Source: an uncultured delta proteobacterium
GTDB lineage: Bacteria; Desulfobacterota; Desulfomonilia; Desulfomonilales; Desulfomonilaceae
Length of the DNA stretch: 64,000 bases
NCBI GenBank assembly: GCA_963789265.1
Contig: CAWBKB010000005.1
Location: 288,001 to 352,000, forward strand
Direction: 5' to 3'
Within the stretch, counting starts at the first letter, position 1. Every line of letters starts with the position of its first letter. Both the position numbers and the translations under genes were made by a program. Positions 43,801-54,915 of the stretch are shown here, piece by piece. Below the pieces are notes generated by a model. That model did no database searches. It saw only the letters and a list, made by a program, of their open reading frames with translations, and was not told the DNA's origin.

Positions 43801-45956
43801 TTTGAGATCCCCGCGCGGCGTCCACATTTCCCAGATTCGTCAAGACATCTGCTTCGCCCCTTTTGTCGGACAAGTCCCGATATACCGTAAGAGCCTGTTC
43901 CAGGTCTTTCTGAGCCTCGGCCAGTCGATTGCGGTGCCTGAGAAGGTTCCCTATGTTGGCAAGAGTAGCCGCGTAACCTCTGCGGTCGCCTATCCCCTTA
44001 CGCATTTCCTGAGCTCTTCGGAAGTTCCGCATAGCTTTTTCTTGATCACCCAAGCTCTTGAAGTGGACCCCAAGGGCTGTAAGATCGCTCCCCTCCCCAA
44101 AACGGTCCCCCATAGTTCGGTGTTCGGTCAGGGCCTGCCCTAGCAGGTTGAAGGCCTTCTCCCGCTCTCCTCTCAATTCGTAAATCAAGCCCATGAGATT
44201 GTCGCAGTCCGCGGCGCCTCTACGATCATTTGTCTGCGTGAAATCCTTGCGGGCTTGGGCCGCGTCCTGCAAAGCCTTTTGGTAGGTCTCTCTATCAAAA
44301 CGGTACCTAGCCACCGCCAGGCCCAACAGGCTCTTAGAACGGCGGTTTATGCCGGCCTTGGCATCTTCCACTGCCTCTTTGAGAACCCTCGAAGCAGATT
44401 GCGCGTCTCCTGTACTTGTGTAGATTTCTGCCAGAAGCATCCTGGAGAGAACGCTCTGATTTCTGTCATTGATCTTCTTCGCCGCTGCAAGGGCCCGCTG
44501 GCCGTATTCCAAGGCTTTCTGGACAAAGCCTTGCCGATAATAGGCCTCACCTATCAAATTCATGGCAGCGGCTTCGCCGCCACCGGAAGATAATTGCCGA
44601 AATTGCTGCAGGGCTTTTCCTCCCAGTTCCAGGGCTGATTCAAATCGGGATCGGTCCAGTTCCAGCTTCCCTAGCAAGAGACGCACGCGCTCTGCCATAA
44701 TGCGTTCCCCTGCTTCTTCGTAACGGTTGAGGGCATCCCTGAGATTCTTTACTGCTTGGATGAGCTTTCCCTGGTTATAGGCATCCATCCCTTTGACCAC
44801 TAAAGGGAGCGCAGTGGCTGCCGCGTCGTTTTCTCCGTCCATCATGGATCGGCCTTCTTCCACAGCCTTTCGGGCGGCTGCAAAGTCTCCCTTGGTCTGA
44901 TCCAGATAAGCTATCCTAAACAGGGTGTTTCCCAACTTCTTTGGACGTTTAAGGTTTCGGTAGATGCTTTCCGCTTTTTTGAAATTGGCACTGGCGGCCT
45001 TATAATCGGACCGTGAAACTTGGATCTCTCCGATAAAGACGCTTACTCTTGCAACGGATTCATTGTCCCCCGCTTTCGCGTACATATTAAGGAGTCGGGT
45101 GTATGTGCTGATAGCCTCGGGGTCATGGTGGAGTCTCAGGTAAGAGGCTGCCATGTCCTCAAGCAGCTTTGGCATTTCACCAGCTTCAGAATTGGGGATG
45201 ATCTTGAGTGCCGATTCAAATGATTTCAAAGCCTGGGCATAGTCGGATTGGGCCATTAGTATTCGGCCGGCAAGAAGATAGTCGAGACTTCGGGCCTGAG
45301 CGTTTCTTGGTTGCAAGATTTATTTTAATGGCACGGTTAATATATCCTAGGGCCTTACGGTCGCGGCCGAGTTGGTGAGCCATGCGGGCTGCGCCCCCGA
45401 GGGCCGCAGCCATGAGTTTTTGATCCGAGACGGCAGAGGCCCTTTTTAAGGCAAGCTCGTAAATTTCCAGAGACTTTTCGTCCTCCGCTGTCTTTGCCAG
45501 TTTGCCTGCCTTTGTCAGCAGGCCGGCGATACCCTCGGCCTTACTCGATTCGGCCGGTTTTGAAGTATTTGTGGTATCAGGCTTCTTCGCCTCTCCCTTT
45601 TCTTGGCTCACACTACCGGGCTCTTTGCCCCCGGCGGATTCACTGGCATTCACCTTCTGTTTAGGCGGAGAGATCATTCCCGCCGGCGGGATGGGTTGCG
45701 AAGACTTCCCCTGAGTGGTCTGCTTTGCAGCCTTCGACGGCTGGTCGACCGAGTGATGGGGCGTATCCCTGGGCGTATCGAACTTGCTTTCGCGGGCCAT
45801 CAGCGCTTCAATAGGAGTTTCTTTGAAAGCGGAGACCCCATTCGCCTGGGCAAACAGTAGAGACGATCCGGAAGCGTAGGAGGCGTACGAAACTGCGACG
45901 AGCATAATAGCAATCGCTCCGGAAATCAGAAGGCGAGTCTTGAATGGTTCGATCAT
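40844..45956 (-). CDS. Large secreted TPR-repeat + CHAT (caspase-like) protein, split by 3-4 +1 indels
   Basis: Signal-like N-terminus, long TPR array, CHAT motifs IPHGPL..LPFE, LPGA..E, IHLATHG, LVVVSSC, FLFAG, WQVND, HPFYWGPF; indels at about 45304, 42882, 42036 and possibly 40919 (otherwise the gene ends at 40917). Confidence 0.88.
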
Positions 45957-45993
45957 CTTCCCTTCACTTTTGGATCTAAGAGCAGCCCGCTTC

Positions 45994-46809
45994 TCACGAC
46001 GCGTCGGGCGATTTGGGATGGGTCCCAGGGCTTACGCGGTGACTATATACGAAAAGCCCGATTGCGGCCGAGATCATGAACAGGCAAAGAATCTGCCCCA
46101 TAGTTAACCCGTCAACAATAAATCCAAGTTGAGGGTCAGGTTCACGGAAGAATTCCACGCAAAACCGGAAAACTCCATAGGCCAGAAGGAAGGTGGCCAA
46201 GACCTCGCCCGGGCGCTTGGTCCTCAGCCTGAGCCACCACAGAAGGCCAAAAAGAACGGGACCTTCAAGGCATGCCTCGTATAGCTGGGAAGGATGGCGA
46301 GGAAGGTTGCCGCCCCCGGGAAAAACGATCCCCCATGGCACAGTAGTAACTCTGCCGTAAAGCTCACCGTTGATAAAGTTTCCGATTCTGCCCAGCATCA
46401 AGCCGACTGGAGCCGCTAGGGCTCCGATATCCGCAAGTTCCATGAAAGGAACCTTACGGCGCCGTGTATAGATGAGACCGGAAATCACCATTCCTGTGAG
46501 CCCGCCGTGAAAGCTCATGCCGCCGTGCCATATAAAGAAAATTTCCCACGGCGCTGCTAAATAACTTTTCAGATTGTAAAAGAGCACATATCCAAGTCGA
46601 GCGCCGATCAATAGACCCACGATGAGGTAAAACAATAGGTCGTCCGCGGCTTCAACCGGTATCGGTCCTTTTTTCCGTTTCAATTCGTATTTAATGATGA
46701 AATAGGCGCATGCAAATCCCAGCAAATACATAAGCCCGTACCATCGTACTTCCAGCGGGCCTATATGTATAAGGACCGGATTAATAAAAGGATAAGCAAA
46801 GAAGTTCAT
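45994..46809 (-). CDS. lgt: Prolipoprotein diacylglyceryl transferase
   Basis: RWYGLMY, GGMSFHGG, GRIGNFINGELYGR, HPSQLYE, EFFREPD. Confidence 0.96.
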   Translation of the reverse strand: MNFFAYPFINPVLIHIGPLEVRWYGLMYLLGFACAYFIIKYELKRKKGPIPVEAADDLLFYLIVGLLIGARLGYVLFYNLKSYLAAPWEIFFIWHGGMSFHGGLTGMVISGLIYTRRRKVPFMELADIGALAAPVGLMLGRIGNFINGELYGRVTTVPWGIVFPGGGNLPRHPSQLYEACLEGPVLFGLLWWLRLRTKRPGEVLATFLLAYGVFRFCVEFFREPDPQLGFIVDGLTMGQILCLFMISAAIGLFVYSHRVSPGTHPKSPDAS

Positions 46810-46888
46810 GAGAAATCCCGCACCCTGATTTTGATCGGCCAATATGCGCAAGTGGTAAGCGTCATGGATCACACACCATTCGAGCAAG

Positions 46889-47710
46889 TCATGACTTGGC
46901 CTGGGGGCATTCCGCCTGATGGGCCTTTCCCTGGGCCATATGAATTGCATTGCTGATCTTTCGAAAAATTCCGCGGATGATCTTGGCGTCGCGCTCCTCC
47001 ATGTCAGCGCTGTTAAGAATGCGCCGGATGTCACGCATCATTCGTAGCGGATTGGACCGATCCAAGAACCCGACTTGAAGAAGAACACTCTCGATATGTT
47101 CGTACATATTTTCGCGGACCTTTACCGACGCGGGGCGAAGTCTCATCGCCTGAAATCCGACAGGACTGCACGCAATTCTGAATATTTCAGACGCGGTGAC
47201 GGCAGCGGCATGGGCCACGTTCATTGAAGCAAATTCTGCATTTGTGGGTACGATCATGTGATCGGTGCACAGCTTCAGTTCGTCGTTAGTGAGCCCTCTC
47301 GATTCACGGCCGAAAACACAGGCAACCGGCCCGGTCCGGGCGCATTCCATAAGACGCGGAATCACTTGATCCGGTGTCTGTGCCGTGATGCGCTTCCCTC
47401 CGAGTCGGCCCGAAGTGCCGACGGCCATAAGAGTATCTGCCAGGGCTTCGCGCAAATTAGCTGAGAACCGAGCCTCTTCCACAATGTCGTATGCTCCGGA
47501 AGCCATTGGATGAGCTTCCGTTTCCGGACCGCACGGAGTTGAAGAAACCAATGTGAGATTCCTCAATCCCATATTTTTCATAACACGGGCAACTGCACCG
47601 ATATTACCGGCATGGGTGGTTCCGACTAGGACAATCTGCACGTTTCTTAAGGGATTCGCCCAATCGGGATGTACTCTGAATCCCCTCTGCACGCTTCTCG
47701 ACGGCTTCAT
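46889..47710 (-). CDS. trmJ: TrmJ/LasT-family SPOUT RNA methyltransferase
   Basis: GNIGAVARVMKNMG, VFGRESRGLTNDEL, SMNVAHA. Confidence 0.88.
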   Translation of the reverse strand: MKPSRSVQRGFRVHPDWANPLRNVQIVLVGTTHAGNIGAVARVMKNMGLRNLTLVSSTPCGPETEAHPMASGAYDIVEEARFSANLREALADTLMAVGTSGRLGGKRITAQTPDQVIPRLMECARTGPVACVFGRESRGLTNDELKLCTDHMIVPTNAEFASMNVAHAAAVTASEIFRIACSPVGFQAMRLRPASVKVRENMYEHIESVLLQVGFLDRSNPLRMMRDIRRILNSADMEERDAKIIRGIFRKISNAIHMAQGKAHQAECPQAKS

Positions 47711-47997
47711 AACTAAAGCGGCGCCCCAGACTGCAATCCGGCCGGTCCCTGCTCGAAGGGAACGGCTCCTGACACACCCTGCGATCCGAGGACTTCGACC
47801 CGGCCCAATGAACTCGACGTTTTCACTTCTTTTTCCGAATCAGCCGTGAAGGTGTAATCTGAGACATACAGGGCCGGACTTTTCCCGGCCGCAATGAAAC
47901 ATATAACCGCATAAGAGCATTGTCAATAGATATCAAATTACAAGAAATATTTGCTAATGCTCATGATTATGCAATCCATTCAGTATTCTTCAATTCA

Positions 47998-48975
47998 TCA
48001 GGAATGGTAGGCCGAGTCGGATGAGAAATCATTCCGATTGTACACGTCTGTAAGCTCCTGTAAAGTAACTGATTCCGCTGCAATCTCAGTACGAAGCCAG
48101 GAGAAAAAGCTGTCCAGTTTGTCCAGAAAATGTTCTACATCACCATTGGTCGGATGCTGCGGGCAGCCGCCAGGCATAAGTTCCGACGAGTGAAAAAAAA
48201 TCGTCAGTACTCGACCGCCTCGTTTGCGGTGCATCAACACAGCAGCCTTCAGTCTTCGCAGCCCCATCCACATGGGCTGAGCCGGCAGCGCTGCAAGATC
48301 CAGAGGTATCCTGGAGATCCACTTCTCGGGGACCGCGGTGTTCTTTCCCAGCCGGTCCAGGAACAAGCTCAAGCGGGGTATCAAGGGGACAATGGTTACC
48401 GGAGCCTCCAATATGTGGGAGATGCCGGATCGTGCAGGATCTTCCGGGTCGGGGAAATACGGATCCGAGGGAGCATAGCGATGATCGGGTCCCCCGTAAT
48501 ATCTGTGGGTGGGAGCTATACTGCTGTCCACACGGACCCCGGTTCTTTGCAGTAAACCGAACATCTTGGGTCCCATGTTGAAGCGTCCCATGCGGAAAGA
48601 TGCCGGATTGATACCCATTGGCTTGAAAGCTGCCAGGAGATTCTCCAACTTGGCCTCGAGGAGCCGTTCGGGCATCAATTCTGAGGGGACAGGATCCGGG
48701 AATTGCAGTGACATCAGTGGAGGAGTATTCCAATGATGCAGATGAGCTCCGATTTCAGCCGACCACTTTTCTTTGAGTTGGAGCAGCAAATCTTGGTGAA
48801 ATTGATGACGGATAATCTGATAGGTAACCAGCAAAGTGGGCCGTATGCCCCATTGACGGAAAGTGGAGTCCAGCCTGCTAAGCGCCGGCACGTTGCGTAC
48901 CGGCGCATCCCCGGATGGGTATTCGCCTTGAAACAGGCCTTCTTCTTCAACATCAATCGTGACTGCGAGCTTCAT
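47998..48975 (-). CDS. Polysaccharide deacetylase family protein (WalW-like)
   Basis: VTIDVEEE, EIGAHLHHW, FRMGRF, VDSS, FFHSSEL. Confidence 0.8.
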   Translation of the reverse strand: MKLAVTIDVEEEGLFQGEYPSGDAPVRNVPALSRLDSTFRQWGIRPTLLVTYQIIRHQFHQDLLLQLKEKWSAEIGAHLHHWNTPPLMSLQFPDPVPSELMPERLLEAKLENLLAAFKPMGINPASFRMGRFNMGPKMFGLLQRTGVRVDSSIAPTHRYYGGPDHRYAPSDPYFPDPEDPARSGISHILEAPVTIVPLIPRLSLFLDRLGKNTAVPEKWISRIPLDLAALPAQPMWMGLRRLKAAVLMHRKRGGRVLTIFFHSSELMPGGCPQHPTNGDVEHFLDKLDSFFSWLRTEIAAESVTLQELTDVYNRNDFSSDSAYHS

Positions 48976-49182
48976 GAGAAATTTTTCGAACCTGTGCCAT
49001 TCATCCTAAAATTTGCAATGATATCATTTACCCAACGAGTTGGGAAGAATCGAATCATCAGGCGCGGCCAAATGCCTTGGCTTTACGTGCCGAGGTCATC
49101 GCTCAAAGTTGCCGGGAGAGGGATCTTGACGCGCGCCCGCAGGCATAGGTACTAAACTGGGGGTACATGACCCATATCAAGC

Positions 49183-50451
49183 TTGCGAAAATTTTCCGAT
49201 AAGGGGTGCGTATTGGGCCTTCCTAGAACGGCGTACATACTCTTGTGGTTTCCTAAGCCTTCTGAAACTTTCATCTTCAGAGAAGTTTTAAATCTTTGGA
49301 AAATGGGACTGCCTCTTAAGGTTTACACACTTTACGGTGAATTGAAGAAACAGCTTTCTCCGGAAATGTGGAGCGTATCCCAGAAAGTGGAACGGCTGGG
49401 TATTCCTTACCTGAAGCGGGCTCCCGGCGATTTGTTCTATTGGTGGAAACGTAAGCCCCAAACCGTGAACCGGCTCTTGCGAACTGTTCCGGTGAGGAAA
49501 TGGAGATCTTTAGAGGTAGGCGGCGAAAATATATGGGCTTTTTTTTGCGGGTTCACTCTTGCTCGACGCTTTGAGGAAGAAGGCATCGAGCACATTCATG
49601 CTCCTTGGGCCAACGGCCCTGCGACCGCTGCGTGGGTGGCGTCCAGACTTACGAATATCCCTTTCAGTTTTACCGGCAGAGCGGTAGATATATATCCGCC
49701 TGACGGGGCCCTCAAGGAAAAGATTCGGGACAGCCTTTTCGTGACCACGGAAAACATGATCAATGTCGGATACTTGCAGAGTTTCACTAATGGCGACAGC
49801 AACAAGATTTACGGCATATATAACGGACTTCCACTGGAACGCCACGAAGATGCACCAGTACCCATGAAACCGCCGTACCGTCTCTTGGCTCTGGGACGAT
49901 TTAGTAGGATCAAAGCCTTTGACGTGCTCCTATATTCCTGCAAAATACTAAAGGATAGCGGGCTGAGCTTTCATCTCACCCTGGCCGGAGATGGTCCTCG
50001 CAGGATACTCTTTAAGCATCTCGTAAAGAAATTGGGACTCGTGGATCTGGTGTCTTTCCCCGGATTCGTCCCCTACAATCGAGTGTCCGAGTTGTTCTGT
50101 TCGACCGATGTCTTTGTTATGTCCAGCGCTGTGCATTCGACCGGTGAACGGGATGGCCTGCCTACAGTCATTTTGGAAGCCTTGATGCATCGCGTGCCCG
50201 TGGTATCAACCGATGTTTGCGGTATTCCCGAGGTAATTCAAAATGGTATTACAGGTTTTCTGGTGCCGCAGAAAAACGCTACCGCGCTTGCCAATGCTAT
50301 AACTAAGATGGTCGGCAACAGAGAAGCGGCCCTGGAAATGGCCGAGAGAGGTCGATCTCTGGTTGTCAGGGAATTCGACCCGGAACGGAACCACGGCAAA
50401 ATGCTGGATCTTTACCGTAACCTTGCACAGCTTCCTCGCAGGACAAGTTAG
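49183..50451 (+). CDS. GT4 glycosyltransferase (WcaL-like)
   Basis: FPKPSETFIFRE, HIHA, RDGLPTVILEA; start uncertain. Confidence 0.88.
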   Translation: MRKFSDKGCVLGLPRTAYILLWFPKPSETFIFREVLNLWKMGLPLKVYTLYGELKKQLSPEMWSVSQKVERLGIPYLKRAPGDLFYWWKRKPQTVNRLLRTVPVRKWRSLEVGGENIWAFFCGFTLARRFEEEGIEHIHAPWANGPATAAWVASRLTNIPFSFTGRAVDIYPPDGALKEKIRDSLFVTTENMINVGYLQSFTNGDSNKIYGIYNGLPLERHEDAPVPMKPPYRLLALGRFSRIKAFDVLLYSCKILKDSGLSFHLTLAGDGPRRILFKHLVKKLGLVDLVSFPGFVPYNRVSELFCSTDVFVMSSAVHSTGERDGLPTVILEALMHRVPVVSTDVCGIPEVIQNGITGFLVPQKNATALANAITKMVGNREAALEMAERGRSLVVREFDPERNHGKMLDLYRNLAQLPRRTS

Positions 50452-50645
50452 TTTCAGCCCGGCGCGGTGCAAAATGGCGCCCGCATTGTCAAAGCATTTT
50501 GGCGCAGTACAATGCACCGACGTGCGTGCCGTGAAAGTCGGGCCGACACTCAGATCGTCCCTCACTTATCTGCGGCTATGTCATCTCCATGAAAACGCAT
50601 CGGTGTGATACGATCAAACCGGACTGCTTAGAATTTGGATAACGT

Positions 50646-51749
50646 ATGGAACGAAAACTCAGACCTCCTTTCCGCACGGTGCTATTGCTTCAGGATCTGG
50701 AATTCGGAGGCACTCAGCGCTATGCGGTCCAATTGCTCAAGAACCTGGATCGCAACTTATTTGCTCCCGAATTGTGGGTCTTGAGAGGGGGAAAGGACAT
50801 GCTCCCAATGGCGGAGGAAGCGAACGCGAAGGTCGTTTTCCTTTCGCTATCCCGGTGGGTGGGACCGCATGCTCTCGCACACCTTTTCTGGCGGCTCATG
50901 CGTAACAGACCGGACATTCTTTACACTCTCACGGGGGTTCCCAGTATATGGGGGCGACCTTTGGGAAGGATCGCACAAGTACCCGTCATTATTGCCAGTT
51001 GGCGGAGCCTTGTGGAAAAGCAGTTGGAGTCGATATTGTGGCCTTTAAGCACTCGAATCGTATGCAATGCCGATGCGCTGAAGGGGATCGTTGTGCGGTT
51101 GCACTCCGTGGACCCTAGTCGAATTGTGGTGGTGCCAAATGCTGTTCCGGCGGATTTCTTCACCCCGGATAATGGCCCCAAAACCGAAGAGCCTACCGTG
51201 TTGTATGTGGGCAGACTCGAACCGGAAAAAGACCTTCTGACCTTGCTTGAGGGGTTCAGGCTGGCCAGGCAACGAATTCCAAACGCTCGACTGAATATTG
51301 TCGGAAACGGGAAACTGAAGTCGCAGATCGAACGCTTTATCCGTCGCGCCTCACTTGACACCTCGGTGCGCTTGTTGCCCGGACGCCCGGACATAAGGCC
51401 CTTTTTGAGACAGGCCTGGGTGTTCGCTATGACGTCAATTCGAGAAGCATCACCCAATGTAATGCTGGAAGCGATGGCAACTGAGCTCCCGGTCGTGGGA
51501 ACACGAGTAGGGGGCATTCCCGAACTGATTCAGGATGAAGAGACGGGCTTAGTCGTCGAGCCGCAGAATACAGCGGAACTTGCGGATGCACTGACGCGCC
51601 TTCTCAATGATGAACAGTTGAGGCAGTCCATGGGTAGAAAGGGCAGAGAGCGAGTTCTCGCCTTTCATACAATGGGAAGAATGATTGGCGAAACTCAGCA
51701 AGTTTTCATGGAAGCGGTGAAAGAAGTAGCCCAAAACGGCAGGCGTTAA
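50646..51749 (+). CDS. GT4 glycosyltransferase
   Basis: GGTQR, VGRLEPEK, EASPNVMLEAMA, VGGIPE. Confidence 0.9.
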   Translation: MERKLRPPFRTVLLLQDLEFGGTQRYAVQLLKNLDRNLFAPELWVLRGGKDMLPMAEEANAKVVFLSLSRWVGPHALAHLFWRLMRNRPDILYTLTGVPSIWGRPLGRIAQVPVIIASWRSLVEKQLESILWPLSTRIVCNADALKGIVVRLHSVDPSRIVVVPNAVPADFFTPDNGPKTEEPTVLYVGRLEPEKDLLTLLEGFRLARQRIPNARLNIVGNGKLKSQIERFIRRASLDTSVRLLPGRPDIRPFLRQAWVFAMTSIREASPNVMLEAMATELPVVGTRVGGIPELIQDEETGLVVEPQNTAELADALTRLLNDEQLRQSMGRKGRERVLAFHTMGRMIGETQQVFMEAVKEVAQNGRR

Positions 51750-51928
51750 CCAAAAGGATAGCAGTTCCACGATTGAGGATTCTGTCTCCGCAGCCGCTTC
51801 GAAGAGAGCAACGGCGGCAAATTATAAGAGTTTTTGCATGCATGCTCTTTTTGTAAAATGGTCCGGCCGGCTCGCCCTTCAATAAGAATTCATATTTCTC
51901 GCAATCATCTATAATTTAAGGATTTCGA

Positions 51929-53674
51929 ATGCACGGGAATTTCAGCCGCACCATTCACCTACTTTATGTGTTGCTCGCGGCCTCAGCCGTGTATGCCTGC
52001 GCTCACTGGCCCGCGCTGACAAACCCCTATGTCGTTGACGATGATGTGCGCCAGCAAATCTTCTGGATGCAGCAATGGCGTGACCCTGAGCTTTACCGCA
52101 ACGATCTGTTGACGGAATACGCGAAAAGCTACGTTCCGTGGGGTGTCCAGGCGATTTATAGAGCAGCCGCCCCTTTCATGAATCCTGTCCAGTTTACGAA
52201 GGTCCTCACCGGTCTTTTGTTCGTTATTACTGCGGGATTACTATATGGGATAGGTCTTCAGTTTCACGACGATCTGACAGCGGTATTCATCGGCTGCACC
52301 TTTTGCATCATGGGACATTTTATGAGCAAAATTTCCGGAGGTCTGTCCCAGAGCTTCGCTTTTCCCCTGCTGGCTGCATTCCTTTTTTTCCTGGGCCGAA
52401 ACAACCTGATCGGAGTGGGGATACTGGTACTCCTCCAGTCGATTCTTAACCCTTATATCTTCCTTCTTTGTTTCGTCACGTACGGGGTATTTCTTGTTTA
52501 CAACATTGGAAAGATCGTTCTGCATTGGCTCCGGAGCAAAGGGTACTTCATTTCCTCTCCCCAGTGGGCCGTGGCTTCGAGTCGGAAAGAGACGCCGGGT
52601 GACCCGGGGCCCGGGTTCTTCTCAAACCTTACGTGCGAACTTCGAACGTCATACATTCCGCTTCTATCCGTGGTCTTGGGCGGCCTTCTGGTGATGACGG
52701 GTTGTATACTGATCTTATTGAAATATACCGTTTACGCCCCGCAAGAATTTGGGCCGCTTGTCACATGGGCAGATATGGTCGGCAAGCTCGAATATTCGGC
52801 AGCGGGGCGCTACGAGCTTGTGCCGATTCCCTCACTGTTCCATGAGTTGATTCGTCCGTGGATTTTCAATTTGCCATTTTTAACCTGGGGACCGCTTGTA
52901 GCATGGATTTTGGCAATTCCGGGAATCGCTCTTATCATTTTTGGCCTGGTTCGGGGCAAGTGGGTTATTGATCTCGCGGGTTTCAGGGTCTTCGGTTATC
53001 TCTTTGTCGCCTCCTTGATTTGTTATGTGGCAGCTTGCGCTCTCATCTTTAAGTTGTTTGTGCCGCGACGGTATGTGGAGTTTTCTCTCAATATATTCTA
53101 TTGCGTGGCCATAGGCGCGTGCATAAGGGCAGCGCTGGGAGCGCTTGTGCCTGATCGATTAACGTTCCCCCTCGCAAGTACGCTCTTGATCGTCTTGGCG
53201 GCTTTTTCGCTCTATCGCACAGGGATATACGACTACTCCAGGGACGCTGCCTTGTACAAGTTCGTGCGATCAACGCCTAAATCGAGTCTCATGGCAGGTA
53301 ATCCCTCGTTGATGGATAATGTGCTCACTTTTGGTCGACGGAAAGCTTTCGTCACGTACAAGCTGTCACACACGTGGTACAAAACCTACTGGAAAATAGT
53401 AAAGAAGAGGACTTTCGATCTCTTCCAGGCATATTATGCTCAGGATCCGGAAGTGGTTCGCCAATTCTGCCGGAATAACGGGATTGATTACCTGATTGTC
53501 AGGGACGCGGATTTTAAACCGGACTATCTGAGAAAAGGTCAAATCGATTTTGAACCGTTTGATAGCTACATTCGGCGCCTCGTCAAATTCCGGTCGCATT
53601 TTGCAGTCCTGGACGGGAGAACTTTTCCTCCCGTCTATGATAAGGATGGCATCCGGGTAATTAAGATGCGCTGA
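51929..53674 (+). CDS. Polytopic membrane protein, possibly a GT-C-type glycosyltransferase
   Basis: About 11-12 hydrophobic segments, acidic DDD in the first external loop, soluble C-terminal domain. Confidence 0.65.
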   Translation: MHGNFSRTIHLLYVLLAASAVYACAHWPALTNPYVVDDDVRQQIFWMQQWRDPELYRNDLLTEYAKSYVPWGVQAIYRAAAPFMNPVQFTKVLTGLLFVITAGLLYGIGLQFHDDLTAVFIGCTFCIMGHFMSKISGGLSQSFAFPLLAAFLFFLGRNNLIGVGILVLLQSILNPYIFLLCFVTYGVFLVYNIGKIVLHWLRSKGYFISSPQWAVASSRKETPGDPGPGFFSNLTCELRTSYIPLLSVVLGGLLVMTGCILILLKYTVYAPQEFGPLVTWADMVGKLEYSAAGRYELVPIPSLFHELIRPWIFNLPFLTWGPLVAWILAIPGIALIIFGLVRGKWVIDLAGFRVFGYLFVASLICYVAACALIFKLFVPRRYVEFSLNIFYCVAIGACIRAALGALVPDRLTFPLASTLLIVLAAFSLYRTGIYDYSRDAALYKFVRSTPKSSLMAGNPSLMDNVLTFGRRKAFVTYKLSHTWYKTYWKIVKKRTFDLFQAYYAQDPEVVRQFCRNNGIDYLIVRDADFKPDYLRKGQIDFEPFDSYIRRLVKFRSHFAVLDGRTFPPVYDKDGIRVIKMR

Positions 53675-53685
53675 ATGCCAAACTA

Positions 53686-53817
53686 CTATTTTTTGAGCCC
53701 CCGTTTTATTTTCCAGTTCTGATACGAACTGAACAGCGACGGCCCCAAAAGAATGAACGCAAATATGAGGATCCCGGCCAAAACCACAAAAATGATAAGC
53801 GCATCAGCATGTTCCAT
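53686..53817 (-). CDS. 43-aa single-TM small protein (not in the ORF track)
   Basis: MEHADALIIFVVLAGILIFAFILLGPSLFSSYQNWKIKRGLKK*; AAGGG upstream. Confidence 0.6.
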   Translation of the reverse strand: MEHADALIIFVVLAGILIFAFILLGPSLFSSYQNWKIKRGLKK

Positions 53818-53901
53818 GTTACATTAATATCCCTTCTGCCGACCGGCCCGCATTACAATGTATCGGCACAATACTACTAACCAACGGGATAGACGAGACT
53901 C

Positions 53902-54915
53902 ATGAGTAACATAAACCGAATCCAAGTTCCAATTCCTTATCCTGTCAAATGCGTAAACTGCTATTACATCCCGGGTGCTCTCCCGACTTTGATCGATACC
54001 GGCGTAAGCACAGACGAAGGCCTGGAGACGATCCGGTCCGCAATAAGAGCTCTAGGCGGAAGACTCCGCGACGTTCGCAGGGTAATCGTGACTCACAGCC
54101 ACATGGATCATGTCGGGCTCGCCGGAAGAATTGCTCAAATCAGCGGGGCAGAGGTATTCCTACATCAATGGGACACTCTTCAATGGGCTGACGGCCATGA
54201 GGGTCAATTCAGCAGCAAGCAGGAAGATTTTCGGTCATTTTTTGTGGAAGCTGGGATTCCTCACGAGCTCATTGATGAATTGATCGAATTGATCCTCTCA
54301 CGTTATCGGAGGCGGTGCAGCCCGATTGCCGCCGAGACGATGATGCCAAACGGCATGGTTTTCGAGTTTGACGACTTCGAGCTTGAGGTTATCCACACGC
54401 CCGGCCACAGCCCCGGTTCGGTATGTCTTTTCAACGGGGCTGACGGTTCCCTGTTTTCCGGCGACACTCTTTTGCCGGAGATAATCTCCAATCCCACGAT
54501 AGAAAAGAGCGGGGCCGGCAATCATAAGAGCCTGGTCAGCCATCAATCGACGCTTCAACTGATAGAGGGTCTCGCCGTCAAGACTGTATTTCCCGGGCAT
54601 GGGACGCCTTTCGAGAATCTCAAGGCTCGCATCGAGAGAATACGGGGCCACCACCGCAGGCGCAGCAATCAGTTGTTGCAAATTCTTGAGCAGAACGAGG
54701 CTTACCCGGAGAATTACACCGAAATGACTCAGTTTATGGCGGCAACGAAACTTCTTGGCTCCCTATCCGGACTAGACATCTTCTTTGGGGTTTCTTCCGT
54801 CAGAGGATACCTCGATGCCCTGGAAGAGCAGGGGCTTGTCACGCGGTTCAAAGAAGGCTCCGAGCATGTCTACCGGCCGGCCGGTAGAGGACGGCTCATG
54901 GATAGCAAGTGTTAG
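53902..54915 (+). CDS. Metallo-beta-lactamase-fold hydrolase
   Basis: LIDTG, THSHMDH, HTPGHSPG, FSGD, PGHG. Confidence 0.9.
   Translation: MSNINRIQVPIPYPVKCVNCYYIPGALPTLIDTGVSTDEGLETIRSAIRALGGRLRDVRRVIVTHSHMDHVGLAGRIAQISGAEVFLHQWDTLQWADGHEGQFSSKQEDFRSFFVEAGIPHELIDELIELILSRYRRRCSPIAAETMMPNGMVFEFDDFELEVIHTPGHSPGSVCLFNGADGSLFSGDTLLPEIISNPTIEKSGAGNHKSLVSHQSTLQLIEGLAVKTVFPGHGTPFENLKARIERIRGHHRRRSNQLLQILEQNEAYPENYTEMTQFMAATKLLGSLSGLDIFFGVSSVRGYLDALEEQGLVTRFKEGSEHVYRPAGRGRLMDSKC

Noticed and set aside
40412..45956. TPR-CHAT as part of a type III-E CRISPR (Craspase) or gasdermin defence system
   Set aside because: No cas genes, repeat-spacer array or gasdermin-like ORF nearby; the neighbours are housekeeping genes and the protein appears exported.
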